A stretch of 62,289 nucleotides of DNA from an uncultured delta proteobacterium (GTDB lineage: Bacteria; Desulfobacterota; Binatia; UBA9968). The notes under the pieces are model-generated. The model worked only from the letters and a program-made list of their open reading frames with translations, did no database searches and was not told where the DNA came from. Below are positions 21,802 through 32,792 of this stretch, one piece after another (position 1 is the first letter of the stretch; each line of letters starts with the position of its first letter). The stretch is taken from contig CAWDPO010000039.1 in the NCBI GenBank assembly GCA_963804165.1, positions 1 to 62,289 of the forward strand, read 5' to 3'. Position numbers and translations under genes: made by a program.

Positions 21802-24800
21802 TCATTCACCTACGGATTGAGTTGCGCCTCGTTTGCTGTGAAAAATGCTGAACACGGCCGGAACAAAAATCATCGTGGCCACCGTAGCGCACAGCAGTCC
21901 GCCGATGACCGCACGTCCGAGCGGCGCGTTCTGCTCACCGCCGTCGCCCAATCCAAGCGCCATGGGAACCATACCGATGATCATTGCGAAAGCGGTCATG
22001 AGCACCGGGCGAAAACGCGTGAACCCGGCCTCGATGGCGGCCTCGAGCGCATTGCCATGTTCGGCAAGCCGCTCTTTGGCAAATGACACGACGAGAATGC
22101 TATTGGCGGTGGCGACGCCCATGCACATGATCGCGCCCATCAACGCCGGGACGCTGAGCGTGGTGTGAGTGATAAACAAGAAGACGATGATGCCGGCCAA
22201 CGCGGCGGGCAACGCCGTGATGATAATGAAAGGATCCAACCAAGACTGGAAATTGACCACGATCAGTAGATAGACCAGGACGATCGCGAAACCGAGACCC
22301 GCCAGCAAGCCGATATAGGACGTGTGCATCGTCGAGAGCTGTCCGCGAATCTTGATGAAGCTGCCGCGCGGTAAGAGCTTTTGGTTGGCATCGACGATGC
22401 GCTGGATGTCACTGCCGACGGCGCCGAGGTCCCGGTCCTGCACGGAGGCATAAATGTCCACGACGCGGCGGATGTCATAGTGATTCAGCACCGCCATCTC
22501 ACTCGATCGCGTGATCGAAGCGACGTCGGCCAAAATCTCCGGACTCTTCATCGTCGCCGAAGTAATCGGCATGTTCTGAAGGTCTTGCAGGGATTGAATC
22601 CGGTATTGGGGGGTCTGGGTCGCCAAGTTATAGTTGACGCCATTTTGCCAATTCAGGAAAAAGGTCGGAGTCGTCTGAAAACTTCCGCTCAGCGACACCA
22701 ACAAGCTGCTGGCGACGTCCCGCTGGGTGAAGCCGCCGCCGGCTGCTTTCGTGCGGTCCACGTCGATATGGAATTTCGGGTAATCGAAGTCTTGCTGAAT
22801 GCGCGGATCGACGATACCCGGTACGTGGCGTATCTCGTTCAGTATCTTGTCGGCGATCTTTCGATTGCCTTGAACGTCAGCGCCCTCGATCTGAATATCG
22901 ATGGGCGCCGGCAAGCCGAAGTTCAAAATCTGGGTGACGATATCCGCGGGCAAAAAGTAGAAAGTGTTGCCGGGAAATTCACCGGGCAGCCGCTTGCGTA
23001 GCTCCCGGACATACTCAGCCGTGGGACGATGATTCTCCTTGAGGGACACCAGGATGTCTGCGTCCGCGGCGCTGATCAGGCCAGAGGTGTTGTGCATGTA
23101 ATTAATAGTGCTGTAGGGCAACCCGATGTTGTCGAGAATATTGTCCAGTTCCTGGGCCGGAATGACCCGCCGAATCGAGTCCTCGACGAGATCGGCAAGG
23201 CGCGCGGTCTCTTCAATGCGCGTGCCGGTCTTGGCACGCACGTGCAGGCTAAACTGGCCGCTGTCGGTGTCAGGAAAAAAGTTTTCACCCAGCCAAGGCA
23301 CGAGGGCCCAGGCGGAAAGACAGAGCAGAAGAAACACAGGGACAAACATGAACCGCCGATGAACCAGCGTCGTGAGTAGGCGCTGATAGCCGAGGCGAAG
23401 ACGCTCAAACCCGCGCTCGAACGAATCCTGAAACCGGATGAATGGATTGCGCGAAGTAGCCGCATGGTGATCTTTCGGTTTCAGGAGATACAGCGCCATC
23501 GTAGGCACGAGGGTTCGAGACAAGAAATACGACGCGAGCATGGCGAAGACCACCGCCTCGGCGAGCGGCACGAAGAGGTAACGCGCGACGCTGCTCAAAA
23601 AAAACATCGGCAGGAACACGATGCAAATGCTGAGCGTGGACACCAGGGCGGGAACGGCGATTTGCGACGCGCCGTCGAGGATCGCCTGCTTGATTTCCTT
23701 ACCCTGATCCAGATTCCGGTTGGTGTTCTCGATCTCCACGGTGGCGTCATCCACCAGCATGCCCACCGCGAGCGCGAGCCCGCCGAGCGTCATAATGTTG
23801 ATGGTTTCCCCTAAGAAGCTTAGGACGATGATCGAGACCAGAATCGACAGCGGGATGGAAACCGCGATGATCAGCGTGCTGCGCCAGCTTCCCAGAAAAA
23901 TCAGGATCATCAAGCCGGTGAGGCAGGCGGCGATGACGGCTTCGCGGATGACGCCGCTCACCGCCGAGCGCACGAAGATCGATTGATCCGCAAGCGCCTG
24001 AACTTTTAGCTGGGGCGGCAGCGTGGCCGCGACACGCGGAAGAATCGCGCGAATGCCATTGACGACGTCCAGTGTGGACGCGCTCCCCGCCTTGAGCACG
24101 GTGACGAGCACGCCGCGCAGGCCATCGTGCCGGACAATGTTGGTCTGCGGCGCAAAGCCGTTGCGCACGTGGGCCACGTCCCGAAGATAGATCGTCGAGC
24201 TGCCCACCTGCTTGATTGGAAGGTCGTTCAGTTGCTCGACGGTTCTGGGTGCGCCGTTGATATCGACGTCATATTCAAATTGACCGATTTTCGCCGTGCC
24301 GGAAGGCAATACCAGGTTTTGCAGATTTACCGCGTTCACCACGTCGGTCGCCGACAAACCCTTGGATTGAAGCAACGCCGGGTTCAAATCGATCATCACT
24401 TGGGTTTGTTTGCCGCCGTAGGGATAAGGCACCGCCGCGCCGGGAACCGTGACGAGTTGGGTTCGCAAAAAATTCAAACCGAGGTCGTTGAGCTGCTGCT
24501 CGGAAAGGCCTTCTCCTGAAAGAGCAAGCTGGATGATCGGCACGGTTGAAGCGCTGAAGTTGAGGATCAATGGGGGCTGCGCGCCGGCGGGCAACTGGCG
24601 CAGAGCGACCTGCGATACCGCCGTGATCTGCGCGTTGGCGATAGCGAGACTGGCATTCGGCTGAAGAAAAACTTTGATGATCGATTGACCGTTGATGGTG
24701 GTCGATTCGATGTGCTCGATGTTGTCGACGACCGTGGTGAGAATGCGCTCGAAGCCGGTCGTGAAGCGGCCTTCCATCTCTTCCGGGTTCAATCCCGTAA

Positions 24801-24951
24801 ACTGCCAGGCGACGGCAACCACCGGAATGTTGATATTTGGAAAAATGTCCGTCGGCGTGCGCTGGATTACCACGGGGCTGGCCAGCAAAATCAACAGCGC
24901 CAGGACGATAAATGTATAAGGACGATTAAGTGCGACTCTGACTATCCACAT
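21802..24951 (-). CDS. RND efflux permease (AcrB/AcrD/AcrF family)
   Basis: 1049 aa; DIFPNINIP, GMLVDDATVEIEN, GFTRFRPVLMT, APLGRAVIGGL. Confidence 0.95.
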   Translation of the reverse strand: MWIVRVALNRPYTFIVLALLILLASPVVIQRTPTDIFPNINIPVVAVAWQFTGLNPEEMEGRFTTGFERILTTVVDNIEHIESTTINGQSIIKVFLQPNASLAIANAQITAVSQVALRQLPAGAQPPLILNFSASTVPIIQLALSGEGLSEQQLNDLGLNFLRTQLVTVPGAAVPYPYGGKQTQVMIDLNPALLQSKGLSATDVVNAVNLQNLVLPSGTAKIGQFEYDVDINGAPRTVEQLNDLPIKQVGSSTIYLRDVAHVRNGFAPQTNIVRHDGLRGVLVTVLKAGSASTLDVVNGIRAILPRVAATLPPQLKVQALADQSIFVRSAVSGVIREAVIAACLTGLMILIFLGSWRSTLIIAVSIPLSILVSIIVLSFLGETINIMTLGGLALAVGMLVDDATVEIENTNRNLDQGKEIKQAILDGASQIAVPALVSTLSICIVFLPMFFLSSVARYLFVPLAEAVVFAMLASYFLSRTLVPTMALYLLKPKDHHAATSRNPFIRFQDSFERGFERLRLGYQRLLTTLVHRRFMFVPVFLLLCLSAWALVPWLGENFFPDTDSGQFSLHVRAKTGTRIEETARLADLVEDSIRRVIPAQELDNILDNIGLPYSTINYMHNTSGLISAADADILVSLKENHRPTAEYVRELRKRLPGEFPGNTFYFLPADIVTQILNFGLPAPIDIQIEGADVQGNRKIADKILNEIRHVPGIVDPRIQQDFDYPKFHIDVDRTKAAGGGFTQRDVASSLLVSLSGSFQTTPTFFLNWQNGVNYNLATQTPQYRIQSLQDLQNMPITSATMKSPEILADVASITRSSEMAVLNHYDIRRVVDIYASVQDRDLGAVGSDIQRIVDANQKLLPRGSFIKIRGQLSTMHTSYIGLLAGLGFAIVLVYLLIVVNFQSWLDPFIIITALPAALAGIIVFLFITHTTLSVPALMGAIMCMGVATANSILVVSFAKERLAEHGNALEAAIEAGFTRFRPVLMTAFAMIIGMVPMALGLGDGGEQNAPLGRAVIGGLLCATVATMIFVPAVFSIFHSKRGATQSVGE

Positions 24952-25055
24952 AATATAACAGTTACTTTAGTGATAATTTGTTAAGGGAGCGCCGAAGCGA
25001 GCGCCGACAAATTTCAGTTTCCCAATCTCCCGTTGTCTGGTTAAGCGCATTAGTG

Positions 25056-25070
25056 GCAAGCGATGTGCCA
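25056..25070 (-). promoter_or_regulatory. Sigma-54 promoter of the RND operon
   Basis: TGGCACATCGCTTGC, a near-perfect consensus; UAS pair GCCGCTGTGTCGAC (25157) and GCCGAAATACCGGC (25175). Confidence 0.85.
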
Positions 25071-25417
25071 ACTTCTTTGAAGATTGCGAAATCACTTTGA
25101 GCAGCGAAATTGAAACAGATGACTTCTATTATTTGCCGAGCTCGAGGAGATGCCGTGCCGCTGTGTCGACAGATGCCGAAATACCGGCGTCTAGGCAGTT
25201 TTTTATGATTTTTCAGTCGCGTTAACCGAATGAAGAGGCCGCTGAGTCGACGAGTTCAAGCGTAACTACGTGGGCGTCGCTTTATCGTCTCTGACCGGGA
25301 TCTTTTGATGGACACTGGAGCTTTGATAGGATAGCTGACGTTTAGGTCTTCTGCGCATTCATGCGACCGATATACTGAGAAAGATTTCTGATTCATCCAA
25401 GCGGAGGCGCGAGCGTC

Positions 25418-26983
25418 TTGAAGCTAGACTCTCTGACACTGCGAGTTTCCCATGCGGTTTGGCAATACGGGTTTGCCGTGCTGAGTGTCGTAGTGGCCCT
25501 GGGCATCACGAATTCGCTGGAGCGCTACACCACACTCCGCACTCCGCTCTTTTACATAGCAATAATCATCAGCGCATGGTTCGGTGGAATGGGGCCGGGG
25601 TTGCTATCTGTAGTGCTCTCCACGTTGGCAGTAGACTACTACTTTGCGCCGGGGGGCCAGACGTCGGTGTTAAGCATCGACAGCTGGCCATTCATCCTCC
25701 TGTTCTCATTGTCAGGCCTCGTGGCCTGCTGGATAACTGTTCAACGGAGGAACGCGGAGAAGGCGCTCAAGGAGGCGCGCGATGAGTTGGAAGCAAGAGT
25801 GGAGGAGCGGACCTCCGACCTGCGGCGGGCTAGTGAAAAGTTGCAGGTCGAGATCGCGGAACGCAAACGCGGCGAAGAGGCGTTACGAGAAAGGGCGAAC
25901 CTCCTAGACCTCACACACGACACTGTCTTCGCGCGCGACATCAACGACGTCATCACCTTTTGGAATCGTGGTGCCGAGAAATTGTACGGATGGACAAGGG
26001 ACGAGGCGGTCGGGCAGGTTTCTCACCGCCTCATGCAGACGGTCTTCCCGGTGCCGTTGGAAGAGATCACGGCAGAGCTAAATAGCACGGGGCGCTGGGA
26101 GGCGGAATTGATCCACACTCGCCGTGATGGAACACAGGTCGTGGTGGCGAGCCGGTGGGCGCTGCAATTGGATGCGACGGGAAAACCGGTTGGGGTCCTG
26201 GAGACTAACAATGACATCACCGAGCGCAAGCGGGCCGAGGAAGCGCTACACAAGGCGCAGGCGGAGCTGGCGCACGTCACTCGCGTGGCGACTCTGGGCG
26301 AGATGACCGCCTCTATCGCCCACGAAGTCAATCAGCCGCTCTCCGCTGTTATCACCAACGCCAATGCCTGTTTGCGCTGGCTCGCCCGCCAATCGCCTGA
26401 CCTGGATGAGGCGCGGGCCGCCGTGGAGCGCATCGTCCGTGATGGCAGCCGTGCAAGCGAAGTGATCGGCCGAATTCGCGCCCTCGTCAAGAAATCGCTT
26501 CCGCGGCAGGACTGGCTCAGTATCAACGACATGGTCCTAGAAGTCATCGCACTGGCGCGCAGCGAAATGCACATGAATCGCGTCTCGTTACAAACTCAAC
26601 TTGCCGATAACTTGCCGCTGGTGCGCGCAGATCGAATCCAGCTTCAACAAGTAATCCTCAATCTGATTATCAACGGCATCGAAGCAATGAACCGGAGTAA
26701 CGAAGCGAGCCGAGAGTTACGGATCAGTACCGGGAGGCACAGATCGAACGGAGTGCTGATTGCCGTACGCGATTCAGGGGTGGGGCTGAATCCGGAAAAT
26801 TTAGAACATCTCTTCGACCCTTTCTATACGACGAAGCCGGATGGAATGGGGATGGGGCTGGCGATCAGCCGTTCGATCATCGAGGCACACGGCGGCCGGC
26901 TGTGGGCGACAGCGAACGAGAGCAGGGGAGCGACGTTTCAGTTCACTTTGTCACAGGACGGCGAAACTATCTTGACGGACTGA
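25418..26983 (+). CDS. Sensor histidine kinase (DUF4118-like TM, PAS, HisKA, HATPase), paralog of 15314-17437
   Basis: GMGPGLL TM region; PAS WNRGAEKLYGW; IAHEVNQPL; QQVILNLIING; GMGMGL. Confidence 0.92.
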   Translation: MKLDSLTLRVSHAVWQYGFAVLSVVVALGITNSLERYTTLRTPLFYIAIIISAWFGGMGPGLLSVVLSTLAVDYYFAPGGQTSVLSIDSWPFILLFSLSGLVACWITVQRRNAEKALKEARDELEARVEERTSDLRRASEKLQVEIAERKRGEEALRERANLLDLTHDTVFARDINDVITFWNRGAEKLYGWTRDEAVGQVSHRLMQTVFPVPLEEITAELNSTGRWEAELIHTRRDGTQVVVASRWALQLDATGKPVGVLETNNDITERKRAEEALHKAQAELAHVTRVATLGEMTASIAHEVNQPLSAVITNANACLRWLARQSPDLDEARAAVERIVRDGSRASEVIGRIRALVKKSLPRQDWLSINDMVLEVIALARSEMHMNRVSLQTQLADNLPLVRADRIQLQQVILNLIINGIEAMNRSNEASRELRISTGRHRSNGVLIAVRDSGVGLNPENLEHLFDPFYTTKPDGMGMGLAISRSIIEAHGGRLWATANESRGATFQFTLSQDGETILTD

Positions 26984-27070
26984 GAGCGAACCGTTCCACG
27001 GGCAGATTCACCGCAAACGGGCAACGCGACTCCCGGCAGCCGAGCTGTTGTGCCGCCCAGCTCATTGAAT

Positions 27071-27242
27071 CTCAGTCGCTGATACGGCCGCGACTTGACT
27101 CGACGTCTTGATCCTGTCTGAAACTATCAGTGCTAGCCCCCACATGACCGACGGCCGCGCCGCCGCTCAATGTACTTTCGTGGGTCCGCAGAACACCCCG
27201 TGAGTAGAATGACAGTACCAACAATGCGCATCGAGCCTTCAT
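27071..27242 (-). pseudogene. Possible remnant of a small glycine-zipper lipoprotein
   Basis: ATG 27242 with GAGGG RBS; LLTGCS lipobox-like in one frame and STLSGGAAVG in another; sigma-54-like site CGGCACGACGATTGT at 27271-27285. Confidence 0.3.
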
Positions 27243-27501
27243 AATTCCCTCTGTGTGATTTAAGCAGTTAACAATCGTCGTGCCGTTTTGCTCAGAAAAA
27301 ACATCGCCGTTGATATTGTTCGCAAATGTCTCGTCAAGCCGCTTTGTTAAAAGGTGATGGATGAAGTCACTCTGTCGTCATTTTGACTCTGTGTCGACAT
27401 AGCGGCTCCGCGGTAGCGCGAATGTCAGCGACTCAGAGAAACCGTCTATTGCAATTTCCGCCTCTATTTGGATGCGGCGCAATGACATGCTTTACCGATT
27501 G

Positions 27502-27726
27502 CTATAAAGAAGCCGCCGCAGATTCGACCTGAGTCAGGATTTCAATCTCGTGACCAAAGACGTACGCGTTGATGCCGCTGTCCCAATCGACCTTGATCAG
27601 TTGACGTCCCAAGTTATCGATGACGTTTTGTATGGTCCCTTCGGAGAATTGGCTAATCAGCCCTTCGTGAGTCCTGATGGGTCTAACGGTGCGGCATCTC
27701 ATGCCGCTGGGGTTCAGGTTGATCAT
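27502..27726 (-). CDS. Small hypothetical protein (74 aa)
   Basis: GAGGAG RBS; globular-looking composition. Confidence 0.65.
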   Translation of the reverse strand: MINLNPSGMRCRTVRPIRTHEGLISQFSEGTIQNVIDNLGRQLIKVDWDSGINAYVFGHEIEILTQVESAAASL

Positions 27727-27769
27727 TGTGAAATCTCCTCGATTGTTTCTCTGGCTTTTGCGGAGCTAA

Positions 27770-27931
27770 TCAGTTCCATGTGACTTCTCTATGAATCACG
27801 ACATCGTCGCCATTCTCATCGATTTCAACGATCGGATCACACCAACACGATTCGGATTCCAGATGAAGGAGCGTGTTGGTGATTTCGTTTTCGATTGGAT
27901 GATGCCAACCAAGCAGCGGGTGGGTGAACAT
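27770..27931 (-). CDS. Small His/Cys-containing hypothetical protein (53 aa)
   Basis: AAGGAGG RBS before ATG 27931; H-x5-CWC...H motif. Confidence 0.6.
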   Translation of the reverse strand: MFTHPLLGWHHPIENEITNTLLHLESESCWCDPIVEIDENGDDVVIHREVTWN

Positions 27932-28134
27932 AAGTGATGTCCTCCTTGTCGATTTTTCACGCTTCGTTTGACTGCATAAACTTAGAGACCAAGCTCGGTC
28001 AATCCCGGATGACCATCCGGGCGGCTTTCTGGATTGCGAGTATTCCAAGGATTCTCCGTGAGACGCACCTTACGAGCAGCGCTGTGACGCGTGAATGGCG
28101 GCACAGGTGAACGCGTCTGCTTCCCTTTCGAGAA

Positions 28135-28794
28135 TCAGTATTTCGCTAGAACCTGCAGCAACTTCTGTTCACCCGCCGGCGGTTTTACCTTGCCCGCGAG
28201 AATGTCCTTGGCCGCGACCGGCTTACCGTAGTACTCCGCGTTGGCCTCGTCCCGAGTGGCGATTACCGTGCCCTCCAACGAAATGCCGGCAAAAAGTCCC
28301 TGGCTGATACTATACGTATACATGGCCGCCTGTAGCGCTACGTCCCCCTCCGCGGTACGCCCGACCGGACCGACCGCTGCGCTGAGGTTGGCTCCCAGGG
28401 TAACATTGCCGCCCTGCGAGAATGCGTTAACCGCTTGTTGAGTGTTGAGGACAATCACAAACTCAGTAACCTCCACCCCAGCTTGAAAGCCGACTCCGAT
28501 ACCTCCCGTACCGATCGCCGAAGGACCGCTCCAACCCTTTGCGGTTCGCGCGACGACAATGCCGCTCCCGCCTCGGGCACTGCCGATGAACCCGGCTTTC
28601 GTAACGGTCAAGATCGCCAGACCCTTGGCGTTTTGCATAACGCTACCGGGAATTGCTCGATCAGGGATCTCCTGAAAGCGCTGAATGATCGTCACGGCCT
28701 GATTGACGTCGTCCTGCATACTCGCGTGTGCGGCAGTGGAAATCAGAAACGCGGCGAAAAAAATTGCAACAATAGAAAAAGTAATGGTTCTCAT
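28135..28794 (-). CDS. YSC84/SYLF lipid-binding domain exported protein
   Basis: Signal peptide; KAGFIGSARGGSG, WSGPSA, GFQAG, AAVGPVGR, GLFAGISLEG, ANAEYYG. Confidence 0.9.
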   Translation of the reverse strand: MRTITFSIVAIFFAAFLISTAAHASMQDDVNQAVTIIQRFQEIPDRAIPGSVMQNAKGLAILTVTKAGFIGSARGGSGIVVARTAKGWSGPSAIGTGGIGVGFQAGVEVTEFVIVLNTQQAVNAFSQGGNVTLGANLSAAVGPVGRTAEGDVALQAAMYTYSISQGLFAGISLEGTVIATRDEANAEYYGKPVAAKDILAGKVKPPAGEQKLLQVLAKY

Positions 28795-28903
28795 CTTGGT
28801 GCTCTCCTTTTTTTCCGGCGAGCGTTCACTCATGCTGCGGTGCATGATCGCTGTGCGCCGGGATTTCAGTCGAGAAACCGCTCGCCTGCTAGACCATGAG
28901 ACA

Positions 28904-28918
28904 GCAAAGACTAAGCCA
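28904..28918 (-). promoter_or_regulatory. Sigma-54 promoter upstream of the YSC84 gene
   Basis: TGGCTTAGTCTTTGC; UAS pair GTCGATATATCGGA (29060) and GTCGAAATCTCGAC (29078). Confidence 0.7.
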
Positions 28919-29234
28919 GCTGGACAACGGTTTTGATTTTTGTGTCATCGATCTAAGGGAGCACCACAATTTATTATCTATTGTGAGCAACAAAGCTGAA
29001 GAAGCGGGTCACAATCGACGAGGTTTTTGTTCCGTCACCGCTCCTGACGGAAATGTCGCGTCGATATATCGGAATGAGTCGAAATCTCGACGGACGAGGG
29101 CGTGCCTTCGGCTGCGCTCTACGAATTTACTCGCTCAGTCTGTCACGGTCGGATTATGCCAGCCAATCGGGGTCGCTCACCGATTTTCCAGATGTCCGGC
29201 GAACTCCTAGCGCAGCGCCGGGATCAGGTAGGGT

Positions 29235-30875
29235 TCACCCTTTCCTCAATTTTCGGTAACGACGGATCAGGCTGTTGGTCGAGCTATCATGGCTGAGAGT
29301 CGGCTCTTCCTTGCTCTCTAGTTCGGCAATAATGTTTTGGGCCAATACTTTACCCAGCTCGACGCCCCACTGATCGAACGAATCGATGTTCCAGATGACA
29401 CCTTGGGTGAAGACCGAGTGCTCATAGAGAGCGACGAGCTTGCCGAGCGTTTCCGGCGTGAGCCGTTCGGCGAGGAGCGTATTCGATGGACGGTTGCCCT
29501 CGAAGACGCGGTGCGGCACGAGCCACTCCGGCGTGCCTTCTCTCTTAACTTCCTCGGGCGTCTTGCCGAAAGCCAGCGCCTCGGTCTGAGCGAAGACGTT
29601 TGCCACGAGCATGTCGTGATGCCGGCCAAGCGGATTGAGCGTTTGGTAAAACGCGATGAAGTCACAGGGGATGAGCCGCGTTCCCTGGTGAATCAATTGA
29701 TAGAAGGAGTGCTGGCCATTTGTGCCTGGCTCGCCCCAGTAGATTGGCCCGGTATCGTAGCCGGCTTTGTCGCCGTCGAGGGTAACGTGCTTGCCGTTGC
29801 TCTCCATCGTTAGCTGCTGCAGATACGCCGGGAACCGTTTCAGATACTGCTCGTAGGGCAACACCGCGACCGTCTGGGCGCCGAAGAAATCGTTGTACCA
29901 GAGGGACAAGAGGCCCATGAGCACCGGCAAGTTGCGCTCGAAGGTCGTGGTGCGAAAGTGCTCGTCCATCTGGTGAAAGCCATCCAGCATAGCGCGAAAA
30001 TTCTCCGGGCCGATCGCCAGCATCGTCGAGAGACCGATCGCCGAATCCATCGAATAGCGCCCGCCAACCCAGTCCCAGAAACCGAACATGTTGGCGGTAT
30101 CGATGCCGAACTTCGCCACTTCCGCCGTGTTTGTCGACACCGCGACGAAATGCTTGGCGACCGACTTTTCGTCGCCGCCGAGACCTGCGAGTGACCACTC
30201 GCGAGCGCTGCGGGCGTTCGTCATTGTCTCGAGGGTGGTGAACGTCTTCGATGAAATAATGAAGAGCGTCTCCGACGGGTCGAGATCCTGCACGGCTTCC
30301 GCGAAGTCGCTGCCGTCGACATTGGAAACAAAACGGAACGTCATGGTGCGCTCGCTGTAATGCTTCAACGCCTCGTAGGCCATCACCGGCCCGAGGTCGG
30401 AGCCGCCGATGCCGATGTTGATGACGTTGAGAATCGGTTTGCCCGTGTGGCCTTGCCAATCGCCGCCGGTCACCCGCTTGGAGAAATCAGCCATCTTGTC
30501 GAGCACGGCGTGGACCTGCGGGACGACATTCTCGCCATCAACAACGATGGATGCTGCTCTGGGCGCGCGTAGCGCGACATGCAAGACGGCGCGGTTTTCC
30601 GTGAGATTGATTTTCTCGCCGCCGAACATGGCGTCGATGCGCTCGCGCAGCCCGGATTCCTCGGCAAGTCGCAGCAAAAGCTTGAGGGTCTCGTCGGTGA
30701 TGCGGTTTTTCGAGTAATCCAGATAGAGGCCTACCGCTTCGGCCGTCATGCGCTCGCCGCGTTTCGGGTCATCGGCAAAGAGCTTGCGGAGATGGAGCTC
30801 GCGGATACTCCTATGATGAGCTTCAAGAGACTTCCATGCTGGACGATCAGTGAGTGGCACGATTTGTTTTGTCAT
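29235..30875 (-). CDS. pgi: Glucose-6-phosphate isomerase
   Basis: [44 protein letters not shown]. Confidence 0.97.
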   Translation of the reverse strand: MTKQIVPLTDRPAWKSLEAHHRSIRELHLRKLFADDPKRGERMTAEAVGLYLDYSKNRITDETLKLLLRLAEESGLRERIDAMFGGEKINLTENRAVLHVALRAPRAASIVVDGENVVPQVHAVLDKMADFSKRVTGGDWQGHTGKPILNVINIGIGGSDLGPVMAYEALKHYSERTMTFRFVSNVDGSDFAEAVQDLDPSETLFIISSKTFTTLETMTNARSAREWSLAGLGGDEKSVAKHFVAVSTNTAEVAKFGIDTANMFGFWDWVGGRYSMDSAIGLSTMLAIGPENFRAMLDGFHQMDEHFRTTTFERNLPVLMGLLSLWYNDFFGAQTVAVLPYEQYLKRFPAYLQQLTMESNGKHVTLDGDKAGYDTGPIYWGEPGTNGQHSFYQLIHQGTRLIPCDFIAFYQTLNPLGRHHDMLVANVFAQTEALAFGKTPEEVKREGTPEWLVPHRVFEGNRPSNTLLAERLTPETLGKLVALYEHSVFTQGVIWNIDSFDQWGVELGKVLAQNIIAELESKEEPTLSHDSSTNSLIRRYRKLRKG

Positions 30876-30877
30876 CT

Positions 30878-31594
30878 CTAACTCCTTTTATTTCTTTGCT
30901 GGGCGGGAGAACGAGTCGTCGCGGGCATCGAAGCTCTGCGCTTGTCCGCTTTCTCCCATAGACGAAACCCGCCCAGGAAGGCATTGGCGTTGTCGCCATG
31001 GCGGCAACCCTTCGGCAACTCTTTCAGTTTCTTTACGTTCCCTCCGCCAAGAACTACGTCGTCCGGTTCGAGGGCGGCGATCAGACAATTCACCACTTCC
31101 GCGACAAGGCTCCGCCATTTCTTTTTTCCGCGCTTCTTCAAGCTTCGCGCGCCGACGTAATCTTCATAGGTTTTTTTCTTGTAGGAAAGGTGAGCCAGTT
31201 CCATCGGCTCGATGGCGCCATCGACGATCATGGCGGAACCGAGACCGGTTCCCAGCCCCAGGAACAACATCTTGCCGCCCTTGTAGCTTCCCAGAGCTTG
31301 CATGGCGGCGTCATTCATGACTTTGACCGGACGCTTGAACGCGGCTTCAAAGTCAAACCCCATCCAGCCGCGTCCAAGATTATGCGGCTCAGCCAGCAGT
31401 CGGTTCCGAACAACCATTCCGGGATAGCCCATCGAGATCACGTCGTACTTCCAGTCCCGGGTGAGTTTTTTAACTCCCGCAACCATTTGCTTCGGCGTCA
31501 AGCCGGGTCCGGAAGAAAACTTTCGCGACTCAGTCTGTCCGGTGGCGAGGACTTTTACATTGTTCCCGCCGATATCGATCACGAGCACGTTTAT
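30878..31594 (-). CDS. ROK-family polyphosphate glucokinase-like sugar kinase (start ambiguous: ATA 31594 or GTG 31624)
   Basis: [47 protein letters not shown]; adjacent to pgi. Confidence 0.85.
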   Translation of the reverse strand: MNVLVIDIGGNNVKVLATGQTESRKFSSGPGLTPKQMVAGVKKLTRDWKYDVISMGYPGMVVRNRLLAEPHNLGRGWMGFDFEAAFKRPVKVMNDAAMQALGSYKGGKMLFLGLGTGLGSAMIVDGAIEPMELAHLSYKKKTYEDYVGARSLKKRGKKKWRSLVAEVVNCLIAALEPDDVVLGGGNVKKLKELPKGCRHGDNANAFLGGFRLWEKADKRRASMPATTRSPAQQRNKRS

Positions 31595-31778
31595 GGCCGC
31601 CTCCTCAGTTGAAAGCGTTCGCACGGGCGCAAGCCATTATGCCTCACCAATGGACGAAAGACACTTTCACGGCGAAGCTTTTAGGGCAGGATATTTTCGC
31701 GCTTTCAATTCGGCCGGAGCTTGCGGCGATCATCCGATTTTTGGAGGCAGCACTCTTCCTGTTAACCGGTCGTTTGAG

Positions 31779-32537
31779 CTACTGGGCAGTGTAACCGCCA
31801 TCAACCGCAAAAATCTGTCCGGTAGTGAACGATACGCCGGTGGAACAGAGCCAGATGACGATACTGGCGATCTCTTCCGGCTGGCCGACGCGTCCGATAG
31901 GAGTCGCGGATTCCAGCATTTGCTTTGCTTCAGGCGATCCCGCCACGAAGTCGCGATACATTCGCGTCTCAATCGCCCCGGGTGCGACGGCATTGACTCG
32001 AACGTTCTGTTTGGCATATTCCAGCGCGATCGATTTGGTCATCCCGTTGACGGCGTGTTTGCTGGCAACGTAGATCGGCACTGTGGCTACGCCGATCAGT
32101 CCCGCAACGGAAGAGTTGTTGACGATGGCACCGCCGCCGGTCTTCAGCATCGCCGGGATCTCGTGCTTGAGCGACAACCAAACGCCTTTGACGTTGATGT
32201 CCATGATTTGATCGTAGGTTTCTTCAGTTTGTTCGGGGAGCGGCGTTAGTAACTGCTCGACGCCGGCGTTGTTGAAGGCAAAATCGAGCCGGCCGAAGGT
32301 CGCCAGCGTCTGTTCGATCATCGCTTTGACATCGCTCGCTTTCGAGACGTCGGTTTTGACGAAGATCGCTTCGCGCCCCAAGGCTTTGATCTCGGCGGTG
32401 ACTTCATACCCTTCCTTCTCGCGGCGCCCGCTGACGACGACCTTCGCGCCGTGTTTGGCAAACTCGATTGCGGCGGCACGGCCGATACCGGCATTGCCGC
32501 CAGTGATCAATGCGACTTTTCCTGCGAACTGATTCAT
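31779..32537 (-). CDS. Classical short-chain dehydrogenase/reductase
   Basis: TGGNAGIG, NNAG, YVASK, VNAVAPG, VDGG. Confidence 0.95.
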   Translation of the reverse strand: MNQFAGKVALITGGNAGIGRAAAIEFAKHGAKVVVSGRREKEGYEVTAEIKALGREAIFVKTDVSKASDVKAMIEQTLATFGRLDFAFNNAGVEQLLTPLPEQTEETYDQIMDINVKGVWLSLKHEIPAMLKTGGGAIVNNSSVAGLIGVATVPIYVASKHAVNGMTKSIALEYAKQNVRVNAVAPGAIETRMYRDFVAGSPEAKQMLESATPIGRVGQPEEIASIVIWLCSTGVSFTTGQIFAVDGGYTAQ

Positions 32538-32626
32538 AGAGTGCTCCTTCCTTGAACTTCTTAGATGGTTATTGATGAACGGCGGTTGTCGAGCTTTGCC
32601 ACCGCGCGTTTTGTTCTATCGTTTAA

Positions 32627-32792
32627 TTACTAGGGCAGCGCCTCGCCGATATCAAAGTACCCGTCGGTTGGCCCATCGTCTGGGAGCCTTGCCAGCCAGG
32701 CGCTGGTCTTACCGCCTTCACTCAATTCGCGCCGTCTCCAGCCCGATGCCTCGATTGGGTCCCGTGATGAATGCAACCTTCCTGTTGGTCAT
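32627..32792 (-). pseudogene. Carbonyl-reductase-like SDR remnant with a large internal deletion
   Basis: MTNRKVAFITGPNRGIGLETAR joined directly to EGGKTSAWLARLPDDGPTDGYF..EALP*. Confidence 0.65.
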
